A stretch of 41,081 bases of DNA from Bordetella parapertussis (GCA_945885335.1 CAMCYY010000002.1:1-41081); one strand, 5' to 3'. Positions 1-8,555 are shown, counted from the first letter of the stretch. Notes: generated by a model from the sequence alone, not told the origin. Made by a program: numbers and translations.

Positions 1-79
1 AGGCGGCCGACTAGCCGAAGGCCAGCGGGGGGATTTCAACAAAGAACAAATCCCCCCCGGCCCCCCTTTGACAAGGGGG
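1..79. repeat. Palindromic ~95-bp repeat element, copy A (left end cut by window edge)
   Basis: Near-identical to 693..774 (aggcggccgactagccgaaggccagcggggggatttcaacaaaga[a/c]caaatcccccccggcccccctttgacaaggggg). Confidence 0.9.
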
Positions 80-3000
80 TAAACCAGGCCCGCCCCCGCT
101 TCAAGCCCCAGGGCGTGAAGTTCAGCCCCGCACAACTCAATGCCCTGCCCGGCCTTACCGTGCACGACCTGATGCTCTTGCCCATTGAGCGCGTTCGCAC
201 ACTTATGGACTCGCTGCACCTGCCGGCACCCATGGACGAAGCCACCGACCTCCTGCTCACCGAAGTCCGCGCCCGTCTCAAATACCTGTGCGACGTCGGC
301 CTCGCCTATCTAACGCTGGACCGCCAGTCGCGCACGCTCTCCGGGGGCGAGGTGCAGCGCATCAACCTCACGACGGCACTGGGCACTTCACTGGTGAACA
401 CCCTGTTCGTGCTGGATGAGCCCTCCATCGGCCTGCATCCGCGCGACATGGGCCGCGTCATCGGCGTCATGCATCGGCTGCGCGATGCCGGCAACTCATT
501 GGTGGTGGTCGAACACGACCCGCAGATCATGTTCGAAGCCGACCGCATCCTCGACATGGGCCCCGGCCCCGGCGAGCGCGGCGGCGAAATGGTGTTCTAC
601 GGCACGCCCGACGAACTGCGCGCAGCAAAGACGCTGACCGGCGACTACCTGTCCGGGCGCAAGAAGGCCGGCCTGCCTGCCCCCCTTGTCAAAGGCGGCC
701 GACTAGCCGAAGGCCAGCGGGGGGATTTCAACAAAGACCAAATCCCCCCCGGCCCCCCTTTGACAAGGGGGGGGCAACTCGAGCTGCTCGGCGCCACCGC
801 AAATAACCTGAAGAACATCGACCTCCGGATTCCGCTCGGCAAGCTGGTATGCCTCACGGGTGTTTCCGGTTCGGGGAAATCCACAATCGTGCAGGACGTG
901 CTGTACGCGGCACTGCAAAAGGCCAAGGGCAAGCCCACCGAAACACCGGGCGCGCACCGCGAGTTGCGCGGCCACGAGCTGGTGGGCGATGTGGTGATGG
1001 TCGATCAGACGCCGATCGGCCGCACCACGCGCTCCAACCCCGCCAGCTACGTCGGCGCATGGGATGCGATCCGCAACCTGTTCGCCCGCTCGCCCGTGGC
1101 GAAGGAACGCCAGTACACGCCGGGCACCTTCAGCTTCAACTCCGGCAACGGCCGCTGCCCCACCTGCGGCGGCAATGGCTTCGAGCACATCGAGATGCAG
1201 TTCCTGTCTGATGTGTATCTCAGATGCCCCGACTGCGACGGCAAACGCTTCCGCGCCGAAGTGCTGGAAGTGAAACTGCGCGGCCTGTCGATTGCCGACG
1301 TGCTGGATATGACCGTCTCCGAAGCACTGAACTTCTTCTCGCTGCCTGGCGAGGAGGAGGTCGCGCGCGTGCTGAAGCCGCTGGCCGATGTGGGCCTCGA
1401 ATATCTCAAGGTGGGCCAGCCGGTCCCGACGCTGTCCGGGGGTGAGGCTCAGCGATTGAAACTCGCAGGGCATCTGGCTGAGACGGCGTCTCACCCCCTT
1501 GCCAAAGGGGGCCGACGTGGCGGTTCTAACCCCCTTGTCAAAGGGGGCGGACGCGACGCAGTCGCGCCGGGGGTTTTATCAGGCGCAGCAGAAATCCCCC
1601 CCGGCCCCCCTTTGACAAGGGGGGGGAGAGGCAAATTGTTTTTGTTCGATGAGCCTACGACTGGTTTGCATTTCGACGACGTGGCCAAGCTGCTGCGCGC
1701 CTTTGGGCAACTGCTGGATCGCGGCAACTCGCTGGTGGTGATCGAACACAACCTCGACGTCATCGCCGCCTCAGACTGGATCATTGACCTCGGCCCGGAA
1801 GGCGGCGATGGCGGTGGCGAGATCGTGGCCCAGGGTACGCCAGACGACATTCGTTTCGCCAAGGACTCGCACACTGGGCGCGCGCTGCGTGAGTACGACA
1901 CTGCCCTTTCGGAAGCCGTGAAGTCCGGAAAGTCGATGATCACAATCCCGTTGGAAACACCCTCCAATCAACGCGCTTTCTACGAAAATATTAGTATTCA
2001 CAACGCCCGTGAACACAACCTCAAGAACATCAGCGTCGAAATCCCGCGCCAGAAATTCACCGTCATCACCGGCGTATCGGGCTCGGGCAAATCAACACTG
2101 GCCTTTGACATCCTGTTCAATGAAGGCCAGCGCCGTTACCTTGAATCGCTGAACGCCTACGCCCGGCAGTTCGTGCAGTCCGGCGCGCGGCCCGACGTGG
2201 ATGCCATCTTCGGCATCCCGCCCACGGTGGCGATCGAGCAGCGCACCAGCCGCGGCGGTGGCAAGTCCACGGTGGCCACGCTGACCGAGGTGTATCACTT
2301 CCTGCGTCTGCTTTACGTGAAGCTCGGCACGCAGTACTGCCCCGACTGCAATGTGCCCATCGAGCCGCAGAGCTTTGATGCCATCGCGGCGCGCATCCTC
2401 AAGGATTACCGCGGCCAACGGATCGGCCTGCTGGCGCCGCTGGTGATCAACCGCAAGGGCTTCTATACCGACCTCGCGAAGTGGGCCAAGGGCAAGGGCT
2501 ATGACTTCCTCCGGGTAGATGGCGAATTCCTGCCCACCACGAAATGGCCGCGCCTCGACCGCTTCAAGGAACACAGCATCGAGCTGCCGGTGCTGGACAT
2601 CACCGTCACGCCGCAGAATGAAAAGGCCCTGCGCGCGGCGCTAGAGACGGCCCTCGAACACGGCAAGGGTGTGCTGCATGTGCTGGGCGGTGTGGACAAG
2701 CTGGCGCATGAATTCGCGCTGCAAGGCGCCGCCGGCAAAACCGACCGCGTCGAACTCGACCTGCCGGTGCAGGTGTTCTCGACCAAGCGCGCCTGCCCCT
2801 CCTGCGCCAAGAGCTTTGCCGAACTCGACCCGCGTCTCTTCTCGTTCAACTCCAAGCACGGCTGGTGCCCCGGCTGTTTCGGCACCGGCTTGAAGCTCAC
2901 TGGCTTTGACTGGGACGAGGAGCGCGAAAAGACCGGCGACCAGGAACATGTGCTCGACTCCTGGCTGGAATGGCTGGAGATCAAGGAGCCCTGCCCGAGC

Positions 3001-4824
3001 TGCAACGGCCTCAGGCTGAACCGTGAAGCACTGGCGGTGCGCTGGAAGGATCGCTCCATTGCCTCGCTCACGGCGCTGGCCATTGAGAAGGTGGAAAAGA
3101 TTTTCAGCGGCATGGATCTGGAAGGCCGCGAAGCAGCGATTGCGCGCGACAGCGTGGCCGAACTCAAGTCGCGCCTCGGCTTCCTTGAGCAGGTGGGCCT
3201 CGGCTACCTGTCGCTGGACCGTTCCGCGCCCACACTGTCGGGCGGCGAGGCGCAGCGCATCCGGCTCGCGGCGCAACTGGGCTCGAACCTGCGTGGCGTG
3301 TGCTACATCCTGGATGAACCGACGATTGGCCTGCATCCGCGCGACAACACCGTCCTGCTCGACACGCTGGAGGCGCTGGAGAAAAAGGGCAACACGCTGG
3401 TGGTGGTGGAACACGACGAGGACACCATCCGCCGCGCCGCACACGTGATTGACCTCGGCCCCGGCGCGGGCAAGGTGGGCGGCTACGTGATCGGCAGCGG
3501 CACCGCCGCCGAACTCATGGCGAACCCGGAGTCCATCACCGGCCGCTTCCTGAAAACCCCGCTGCTGCATCCGCTGCATCCGCCGCGCCCCGTCACGATG
3601 AAAGGCAGCGACAAAACGCCGGCCATCACCATCGAAGGCGCGAACCTGCACAACCTGCACGATGTCACCGTGCGCGTGCCACTGGGCCGACTCACCGTTT
3701 TCACCGGTGTATCGGGTTCGGGCAAATCGACGATCGCGCGCGACGTGTTGCACGCGAACCTGGCGCGCCTGGTAGTCGCCGCGCGTGACCGCAAGAGCGA
3801 ACCGCCGATCACCGGCTGCACAGCCGTCACTGGCTGGGAGCCCGTGGGTCGCGTGCTGGAAGTGGACCAGACGCCGATCGGCAAGACGCCGCGCTCCTGC
3901 CCCGCCACCTACGTGGGCTTCTACGACGCCATCCGCAAGCTCTACGCCGAAGCAAACGAATCGCGCATGCGCGGCTGGACCGCGAGCCGGTTTTCGTTCA
4001 ACACCAAGGGCGGGCGCTGCGAGGAATGCGAAGGCCAGGGCATCAAGAAAATCGAGATGTCCTTCCTGCCCGACGTGCGCGTGCTGTGCGACGCCTGCCG
4101 CGGCGCACGCTTCAACCCGGAAACCCTGTCGGTGCTGTGGAAAGGCAAATCCATCGGCGACGTGCTGGCCATGAGCGTAGACGAAGCCGTCGAATTCTTC
4201 TCCGCCCACACCGCCATCCACCACGCCCTCCGATTGCTGCAGGACGTCGGCCTCGGCTACCTCACCCTGGGCCAGCAAAGCCCAACGTTATCCGGCGGCG
4301 AAGCCCAGCGCATCAAACTCGTCACCGAACTCTCCAAGGTCCGCAGCTTGGACATCCCTCCCCCGCGCACAGACAATCCTCCCCCGCAAGCGGGGGAGGC
4401 CGACTCGCGCAGCGAGCGGGTGGGGGCAAAACTCACCAAAAAACAACAAGCCCAAGCCGCCGCACTAACCCGCGCCCTAGCCCAACCCGCCTCCCGCCAA
4501 TACTCCAAAATCGGCCACAACACCCTCTACGTCCTGGACGAACCCACCGTCGGCCTCCACATGGCCGACGTCGAAAAACTCATCCGCGTCCTGCACCGCC
4601 TGGTCGATGCCGGCAACACCGTGGTCGTCATCGAACACAACCTCGACGTCATGGCCGACGCCGACTGGATCATCGACATGGGGCCGGAGGGTGGGGACGC
4701 GGGTGGAAGCGTGGCGGCGGAGGGGTCGCCGACGCAACTGATCGCGGCACCGAAGCAATCGCATACGAGTCGGGTGCTGGCTGAGTTTCTGCAGGAACGA
4801 AGCGTAAGCGCTCCTCCGGTTTAA
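1..4824 (+). CDS. uvrA: UvrA-family excinuclease ABC subunit A, covalent tandem of two UvrA modules (5' end upstream of window)
   Basis: Frame 1 is open from nt 1; the ORF track calls 115..4824. Module 1 (partial): [11 protein letters not shown] / [12 protein letters not shown], then [30 protein letters not shown] complete second module starts near nt 1980 ([37 protein letters not shown]) with CxxC zinc modules, [11 protein letters not shown] / [12 protein letters not shown], a second [20 protein letters not shown] and LDEPTVGLH. Colinear with E. coli UvrA. Confidence 0.88.
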   Translation, partial: RRPTSRRPAGGFQQRTNPPRPPFDKGVNQARPRFKPQGVKFSPAQLNALPGLTVHDLMLLPIERVRTLMDSLHLPAPMDEATDLLLTEVRARLKYLCDVGLAYLTLDRQSRTLSGGEVQRINLTTALGTSLVNTLFVLDEPSIGLHPRDMGRVIGVMHRLRDAGNSLVVVEHDPQIMFEADRILDMGPGPGERGGEMVFYGTPDELRAAKTLTGDYLSGRKKAGLPAPLVKGGRLAEGQRGDFNKDQIPPGPPLTRGGQLELLGATANNLKNIDLRIPLGKLVCLTGVSGSGKSTIVQDVLYAALQKAKGKPTETPGAHRELRGHELVGDVVMVDQTPIGRTTRSNPASYVGAWDAIRNLFARSPVAKERQYTPGTFSFNSGNGRCPTCGGNGFEHIEMQFLSDVYLRCPDCDGKRFRAEVLEVKLRGLSIADVLDMTVSEALNFFSLPGEEEVARVLKPLADVGLEYLKVGQPVPTLSGGEAQRLKLAGHLAETASHPLAKGGRRGGSNPLVKGGGRDAVAPGVLSGAAEIPPGPPLTRGGRGKLFLFDEPTTGLHFDDVAKLLRAFGQLLDRGNSLVVIEHNLDVIAASDWIIDLGPEGGDGGGEIVAQGTPDDIRFAKDSHTGRALREYDTALSEAVKSGKSMITIPLETPSNQRAFYENISIHNAREHNLKNISVEIPRQKFTVITGVSGSGKSTLAFDILFNEGQRRYLESLNAYARQFVQSGARPDVDAIFGIPPTVAIEQRTSRGGGKSTVATLTEVYHFLRLLYVKLGTQYCPDCNVPIEPQSFDAIAARILKDYRGQRIGLLAPLVINRKGFYTDLAKWAKGKGYDFLRVDGEFLPTTKWPRLDRFKEHSIELPVLDITVTPQNEKALRAALETALEHGKGVLHVLGGVDKLAHEFALQGAAGKTDRVELDLPVQVFSTKRACPSCAKSFAELDPRLFSFNSKHGWCPGCFGTGLKLTGFDWDEEREKTGDQEHVLDSWLEWLEIKEPCPSCNGLRLNREALAVRWKDRSIASLTALAIEKVEKIFSGMDLEGREAAIARDSVAELKSRLGFLEQVGLGYLSLDRSAPTLSGGEAQRIRLAAQLGSNLRGVCYILDEPTIGLHPRDNTVLLDTLEALEKKGNTLVVVEHDEDTIRRAAHVIDLGPGAGKVGGYVIGSGTAAELMANPESITGRFLKTPLLHPLHPPRPVTMKGSDKTPAITIEGANLHNLHDVTVRVPLGRLTVFTGVSGSGKSTIARDVLHANLARLVVAARDRKSEPPITGCTAVTGWEPVGRVLEVDQTPIGKTPRSCPATYVGFYDAIRKLYAEANESRMRGWTASRFSFNTKGGRCEECEGQGIKKIEMSFLPDVRVLCDACRGARFNPETLSVLWKGKSIGDVLAMSVDEAVEFFSAHTAIHHALRLLQDVGLGYLTLGQQSPTLSGGEAQRIKLVTELSKVRSLDIPPPRTDNPPPQAGEADSRSERVGAKLTKKQQAQAAALTRALAQPASRQYSKIGHNTLYVLDEPTVGLHMADVEKLIRVLHRLVDAGNTVVVIEHNLDVMADADWIIDMGPEGGDAGGSVAAEGSPTQLIAAPKQSHTSRVLAEFLQERSVSAPPV
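680..774. repeat. Palindromic ~95-bp repeat element, copy B, in frame inside uvrA
   Basis: Terminal inverted repeats CCCCCTTGTCAAAGG ... CCTTTGACAAGGGGG. Internal inverted repeat GGGGGGATTT...AAATCCCCCC. Translated as [31 protein letters not shown]. Confidence 0.9.
1494..1626. repeat. Composite repeat, copy C: solo terminal hairpin (1494..1511) plus a full element (1530..1626), in frame inside uvrA
   Basis: CCCCCTTGCCAAAGGGGG, then CCCCCTTGTCAAAGGGGG ... AAATCCCCCCCGGCCCCCCTTTGACAAGGGGGGGG. Same termini as copy B with a different core. Translated as [46 protein letters not shown]. Confidence 0.85.
4345..4518. repeat. Diverged repeat-derived in-frame insertion in uvrA module 2 (contains hairpin 4378..4399)
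   Basis: About 58 codons lie between signature [15 protein letters not shown] and Walker B LYVLDEP; E. coli UvrA has about 5 residues there. Contains the perfect palindrome CCTCCCCCGC-AA-GCGGGGGAGG and the core ggccgactcgc, shared with copies A/B (ggccgactagc). Confidence 0.55.
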
Positions 4825-4846
4825 AGTCGAAGAGGATGGTATCGCC

Positions 4847-5182
4847 ATGTCAAAGTTGCGCGGTGGACATTCGAGTTCCGGGAATCAGATGCGTGCCATC
4901 CACCCGGGTGAAGTGCTTCGGGAGGAATTCCTGCTGCCCATGGGCCTCACCGCCAATGCGCTGGCGATTGCCCTGCAGGTGCCTGCACCCCGCATCAACG
5001 ATGTGGCGCGTGAGAAGCGCGGAATTTCTGCCGACACCGCCTTGCGACTGGCGCGCTATTTCGGCACCAGCGCCGAATTCTGGATGGGACTGCAGGCGAA
5101 TTACGACCTCAAGACCAGCGCCCAGGACCTGAAGGCTGTACTCAAGCGCATCCATCCGCGCAAGGACTTGCAAACCGCATAA
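4847..5182 (+). CDS. higA: HigA-family antitoxin (XRE HTH), no adjacent toxin
   Basis: IHPGEVLREEFLLPMGLTANALAIALQVPAPRINDVAREKRGISADTALRLARYFGTSAEFWMGLQANYDL is the classic HigA/VapI signature. The true start may be the internal Met at 4889. Confidence 0.85.
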   Translation: MSKLRGGHSSSGNQMRAIHPGEVLREEFLLPMGLTANALAIALQVPAPRINDVAREKRGISADTALRLARYFGTSAEFWMGLQANYDLKTSAQDLKAVLKRIHPRKDLQTA

Positions 5183-5223
5183 AAGCATGTCTCGTGCGTT
5201 TGGGGCAAGCCGGTCAATCGCAC

Positions 5224-6147
5224 TCAGGCTTCAGTCTTCCCACCCAATATCCTGTCCGCCTTCTTCTCGTACTCGTAATACCCGAGAATCTCGTACATCT
5301 CTTCGCGCGTCTGCATCACATCAATGACATTCTTCACGCTCCCATCCCGCAATATCGCCTGATACACCTTCAGCGCCGCGGCAGCCATGGCCCGGGCGGC
5401 GGACATGGAAAATATCGCAGCCGATACGCCTGCGCCGCGCAGTTCGTCGAGTGTGAATGCCGGGGTCTTCGAGAATTCGGCCAGGCTTGCGACCACCGAG
5501 TGCGGCCGGTCCAGGGCGTCCACAAACGCGCGGTACTGGGCGAGGTCGCTGCAGGCTTCGGGCAATATCATGTCGGCGCCGGCTTCCCTGTAGGCACAGG
5601 CGCGATCGATCGCCGCCGAAAGACCCTCAAGCGCCAGCGCGTCCGTACGCGCGCAGATGAAGAACGACGGATCGGTTCGCGCATCGACGGCGGCCATGAT
5701 GCGGGCAACCATTTCCGCCTTCGGCACGACGGCCTTGCCGGGCTGGTGGCCGCAGCGCTTCAATGGCACCTGGTCTTCGATGTGCATCGCGGCGGCGCCG
5801 TCCTTGATGAGGCCTTTCACCAGCCGCGAGATGTTGAGCTCGCTGCCAAATCCGGTTTCCGCATCGACCATGACCGGCAGCGGGCACACGTCCGTGATGC
5901 GACGAACGGCGGTCAGCAGATCGTTCAGCGTGGTAATGCCGAGATCGGGGTGGCCAAGGCCGTAGGGACCGACGCCGGCGAGCTTGAGCGCCTTATGACC
6001 GGCATGCTGGGCCATCAACGCGCAATAAGGCGTGACTGCGCCAACGATGGCAAGCGGGGAGGTCGTTGCCAGCGCCTGCCGAAAACGCTGCCCCGCCGTG
6101 ATGGCGCTCTGTGACGTGACCGGTGTGGCCAGGGTGCCGCTATTCAT
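5224..6147 (-). CDS. Isocitrate lyase/PEP mutase superfamily enzyme (2-methylisocitrate lyase PrpB-like)
   Basis: PVMVDAETGFG and IEDQVPLKRCGHQPGKAVV (KRCGH loop) motifs. Start set at the ATG at 6147, preceded by GGAGGA. Confidence 0.8.
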   Translation of the reverse strand: MNSGTLATPVTSQSAITAGQRFRQALATTSPLAIVGAVTPYCALMAQHAGHKALKLAGVGPYGLGHPDLGITTLNDLLTAVRRITDVCPLPVMVDAETGFGSELNISRLVKGLIKDGAAAMHIEDQVPLKRCGHQPGKAVVPKAEMVARIMAAVDARTDPSFFICARTDALALEGLSAAIDRACAYREAGADMILPEACSDLAQYRAFVDALDRPHSVVASLAEFSKTPAFTLDELRGAGVSAAIFSMSAARAMAAAALKVYQAILRDGSVKNVIDVMQTREEMYEILGYYEYEKKADRILGGKTEA

Positions 6148-6236
6148 GATGTTCCTCCGTTGGCGCGCCTGAGGGCCAGAGTCGAATGACAAGTGAGCCC
6201 ATAGTCAGGGTTCCAGACCAGGCAGGCGTACTTCCG

Positions 6237-6557
6237 TCAACCACCCACTCGAACAAGCTGCCCCGGGCTGAGGCCCTGGAGCGCTTCAAGAACCTCAGGC
6301 ACGAGCGGTCGCAGCGTCTCGATACGGTTATTGACCGCCACAAGAATGATCACGGCAATGGGCAGGGTGGCAGGATTCTGCTGGAACCCCAGGTTCTGGT
6401 CCCCTTTCAGGAAAACCTGGAACTCCTGACTCGCCGTACGTAGCAGGACGCCATTTTTCAACCCCGACCAGCCGCGCTGCTGGACTGTCTGCGCTTCGTG
6501 CCCGGTGAATTCCAGCGCCAGCTTCCTCGGCAGGGATTCGTCAAGCAGGATGCGCAT
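6237..6557 (-). CDS. DUF5615-type (PIN-like) putative toxin
   Basis: MRILLDESLPRKLALEF...GWSGLKNGVLL pattern is typical of DUF5615 partners of DUF433. Overlaps the upstream DUF433 gene by 17 nt. Confidence 0.7.
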   Translation of the reverse strand: MRILLDESLPRKLALEFTGHEAQTVQQRGWSGLKNGVLLRTASQEFQVFLKGDQNLGFQQNPATLPIAVIILVAVNNRIETLRPLVPEVLEALQGLSPGQLVRVGG

Positions 6558-6795
6558 CCGGGGCAATCGCTTCGCGTGCGAGCTCCAGTGCGGCAACGGC
6601 CTGCTCACGGCTTACCGATGGAAACGCATCAAGGAAAATGTCGAGGCTGTCACCGGCTTCGAGATAGTCAAAGAGAATTTTGGCGGGAACGCGCGTACCG
6701 ACAAAAACCGGGGTTCCCCCCAGTATCTCGGGATCGCGGTGCACGATCAGCTTTGTGCCGGACATGGCCACCTCCTTCATGCGTTGCAGCATCAT
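6541..6795 (-). CDS. DUF433-family putative antitoxin
   Basis: RDPEILGGTPVFVGTRVPAKILFDYLEAGDSLDIFLDAFPSVSREQAVAAL matches the DUF433 consensus (GG-P-x-GTR-P). Start uncertain among Met codons at 6765-6795. Confidence 0.75.
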   Translation of the reverse strand: MMLQRMKEVAMSGTKLIVHRDPEILGGTPVFVGTRVPAKILFDYLEAGDSLDIFLDAFPSVSREQAVAALELAREAIAPDAHPA

Positions 6796-6811
6796 ACCGT
6801 GGCCGGCCCGA

Positions 6812-7213
6812 CTACGCCGCCCTGACCTCTTTCAACAAATCCGGATGCCGGTCCAGCACCTTGAGCAGCTTCACCAGCGCCAGCGGCGGCTTGGTCTTGC
6901 CGTTTTCGTAGCGCGAAAACGCATTAACCCCGCCACCGAAGATCTCGGCCGCCTGGCGCTGATCCAGCCCGAGCTTCTTACGCACGCCGGCAATGAATTC
7001 CGGATCGACGCTGACCGCATTCACCTGCTTGTTGAACGCCAGCATGGCGGCGCTGGTGCGCGTCGATTCGGCTGCATCGAGTACCGTTTCACCGCAGGCC
7101 GGACAACGCTCGCCCGTTACCGCCCGGATAACCGTCGCTTCGCCTTTATAGGTGTACGGCATGTTGCGGGTGCCGCGTACCAGCTTTGCCTTGCCGCAGG
7201 ATGGACATTTCAT
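6812..7213 (-). CDS. mqsA: MqsA antitoxin (N-terminal zinc-binding domain plus XRE HTH)
   Basis: MKCPSCG...CPACGE zinc ligands. RKKLGLDQRQAAEIFGGGVNAFSRYENGKTKP is nearly identical to E. coli MqsA. The ATG at 7213 lies 2 nt after the mqsR stop. Confidence 0.92.
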   Translation of the reverse strand: MKCPSCGKAKLVRGTRNMPYTYKGEATVIRAVTGERCPACGETVLDAAESTRTSAAMLAFNKQVNAVSVDPEFIAGVRKKLGLDQRQAAEIFGGGVNAFSRYENGKTKPPLALVKLLKVLDRHPDLLKEVRAA

Positions 7214-7215
7214 GT

Positions 7216-7512
7216 TCACAACTCCTTGAACGACACGATGAGCACATCATCGATGACCGTCAGTTTCAGATAGACCTTTCCGGCTTTGGTGACGGGGCGG
7301 TACACGTCCTGCCAGACCCGGTGATCGCCATGCGTTGTCATGCTCTTGTAGAAATCGGATGGCTTCAACGTCATCACGACATCGACGATTCCCTCAAAAT
7401 CAAACTCCATGGCGGCACCGCCGGTCAGCGCTGACCAGGTCGAGCGCACCCTGCCCGCTTCTATCAGAGCCTTGACGACGGGCAGCTTGCAGTGGGGCGT
7501 GCTTTTTTCCAC
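7216..7512 (-). CDS. mqsR: MqsR toxin (mRNA interferase)
   Basis: MEKSTPHCKL...SDFYKSMTTHGDHRVWQDVYRP...KVYLKLTVIDDVLIVSFKEL is colinear with E. coli MqsR. GTG start. Toxin precedes antitoxin, as in mqsRA. Confidence 0.92.
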   Translation of the reverse strand: MEKSTPHCKLPVVKALIEAGRVRSTWSALTGGAAMEFDFEGIVDVVMTLKPSDFYKSMTTHGDHRVWQDVYRPVTKAGKVYLKLTVIDDVLIVSFKEL

Positions 7513-7522
7513 CGGAGCATAT

Positions 7523-7537
7523 TAACCAAATAGGTTA
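7523..7537. promoter_or_regulatory. MqsA-type operator palindrome TAACC-N5-GGTTA upstream of mqsR (extra half-site TAGGTTAA at 7549..7556)
   Basis: TAACCAAATAGGTTA lies 11 nt upstream of the mqsR GTG. It has the same outer half-sites and 5-bp spacing as the E. coli PmqsRA palindrome TAACCTTTTAGGTTA. Confidence 0.65.
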
Positions 7538-7557
7538 TTTTTGGCAACTAGGTTAAT

Positions 7558-7703
7558 CAAGGCAGAATTAAGTATCCGGCATGACGGGCAACAGTCCCAG
7601 GCATTACCGGGGATTGGCTTCCGGATTGGCGAACCCTCACGAAACCCAGGCGCTCAAGCGCCTTGATGATTGCCGCCCCCGAAACGCGGGGCAGTTTAGG
7701 CAT
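7558..7703 (-). CDS. hicA: HicA-like toxin, short (48 aa) and probably degenerate
   Basis: Not in the ORF track (<60 aa). MPKLPRVSGAAIIKALERLGFVRVRQSGSQSPVMPGTVARHAGYLILP*. The ATG overlaps the hicB stop. The conserved GSH reads GSQ and the C-terminal ~15 aa are missing. Confidence 0.55.
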
Positions 7704-7902
7704 GCGCCGGGAGGCTGAACATGGTGACTACAGGATGGCCCAGGTCGGCAAGGGGAAATTCGGACAGGTAGAGGGCCGTTGCTTCCTTCAGGTTGGCAAC
7801 CGCTTCTTCAACCGTTTCACCCTGGGTGGTGGTCCCCGTTTCCGGATTGAGTGCGATGTGGCCGCCTTCTTCGGCAGGCGTGAGAACGGCGGTCAGTTCC
7901 AT
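7696..7902 (-). CDS. hicB: HicB-family antitoxin (UPF0150 fold)
   Basis: LTPAEEGGHIALNPETGTTTQGETVEEAVANLKEATALYLSE is the typical HicB N-terminal domain. It sits upstream of, and overlaps, the hicA-like ORF. Confidence 0.8.
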   Translation of the reverse strand: MELTAVLTPAEEGGHIALNPETGTTTQGETVEEAVANLKEATALYLSEFPLADLGHPVVTMFSLPAHA

Positions 7903-8027
7903 GATGAAAACCCCTCAAAAAACGCATTGCCCGCATTGTTGCGCATTCCGGATCTTGATGCCCCGGCCACGCATCCGCATCAATGACCAGTAACGGACCA
8001 CGGCTCCTCCGTGGACAACCAACAGCT

Positions 8028-8555
8028 TCAACTGATTTTCAGCTCGGGAAAACTCACACTTCGCTTCCCCCGCAGGCTCAGCTCATCATAAGCGGCCCAC
8101 TTTTCAGGATCCATCAGCGCCTCGTAGATCTCCTCGATCTCGCCCAAAACCTTCGCCGCCAGGGGATCACCGGGATTCTTGTCAGGGCCATATTTCTCCG
8201 CGAGACGGAGGCAAACCTCGGATATGCGGAGCGTGCTCGCATCGGCAGGCACCCCTATGATGTCGTAGATCATCCTCTCAGCCTCGCCGTGTTCGCGGCT
8301 TTCCAGGGCCTGCCGGATCGCGCTGGCCAGTTCTGCCCCGGAAGCCTGGTCGAAGGTGTTGTCCCCGACCCACTTGGCTTCGCGCATGACGGCCTCATCG
8401 GCCACCTTCAGGCGTTCCTGCTGGCGCTTCCTGGCGCGCGACAGGGCGATGCGGTACTTCACGAATCCCTTGATCACGACACCCAGCAGGACTGCAACGA
8501 TCCCGGATATAAGCGAATAAATGGGGCCAGGCTTCTTTAATGCATACCACCTCAA
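8028..8555 (-). CDS. Membrane-anchored J-domain protein (DjlA-like topology) with GPD in place of HPD
   Basis: N-terminal TM helix (PIYSLISGIVAVLLGVVIKGFV). C-terminal J domain YDIIGVPADASTLRISEVCLRLAEKYGPDKNPGD...IEEIYEALMDPEKWAAYDE aligns with DnaJ residues 5-68. The TTG start overlaps the upstream stop (TTGA). Confidence 0.8.
   Translation of the reverse strand: MRWYALKKPGPIYSLISGIVAVLLGVVIKGFVKYRIALSRARKRQQERLKVADEAVMREAKWVGDNTFDQASGAELASAIRQALESREHGEAERMIYDIIGVPADASTLRISEVCLRLAEKYGPDKNPGDPLAAKVLGEIEEIYEALMDPEKWAAYDELSLRGKRSVSFPELKIS

Noticed and set aside
2641-4278. 545-aa antisense ORF inside uvrA, plus many other 60-260-aa ORFs on both strands between 36 and 4848
   Set aside because: These are shadow ORFs typical of high-GC DNA. 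They are Arg/Ala/Gly/His-rich low-complexity translations with no motifs, and they are fully overlapped by the strongly supported UvrA frame.
5224-6147. The PrpB-like enzyme as part of a defence or TA system because of its location
   Set aside because: It has an intact metabolic-enzyme motif set (KRCGH loop) and its own RBS. There is no toxin-like partner and no evidence for anything beyond an orphan metabolic gene in an accessory region.
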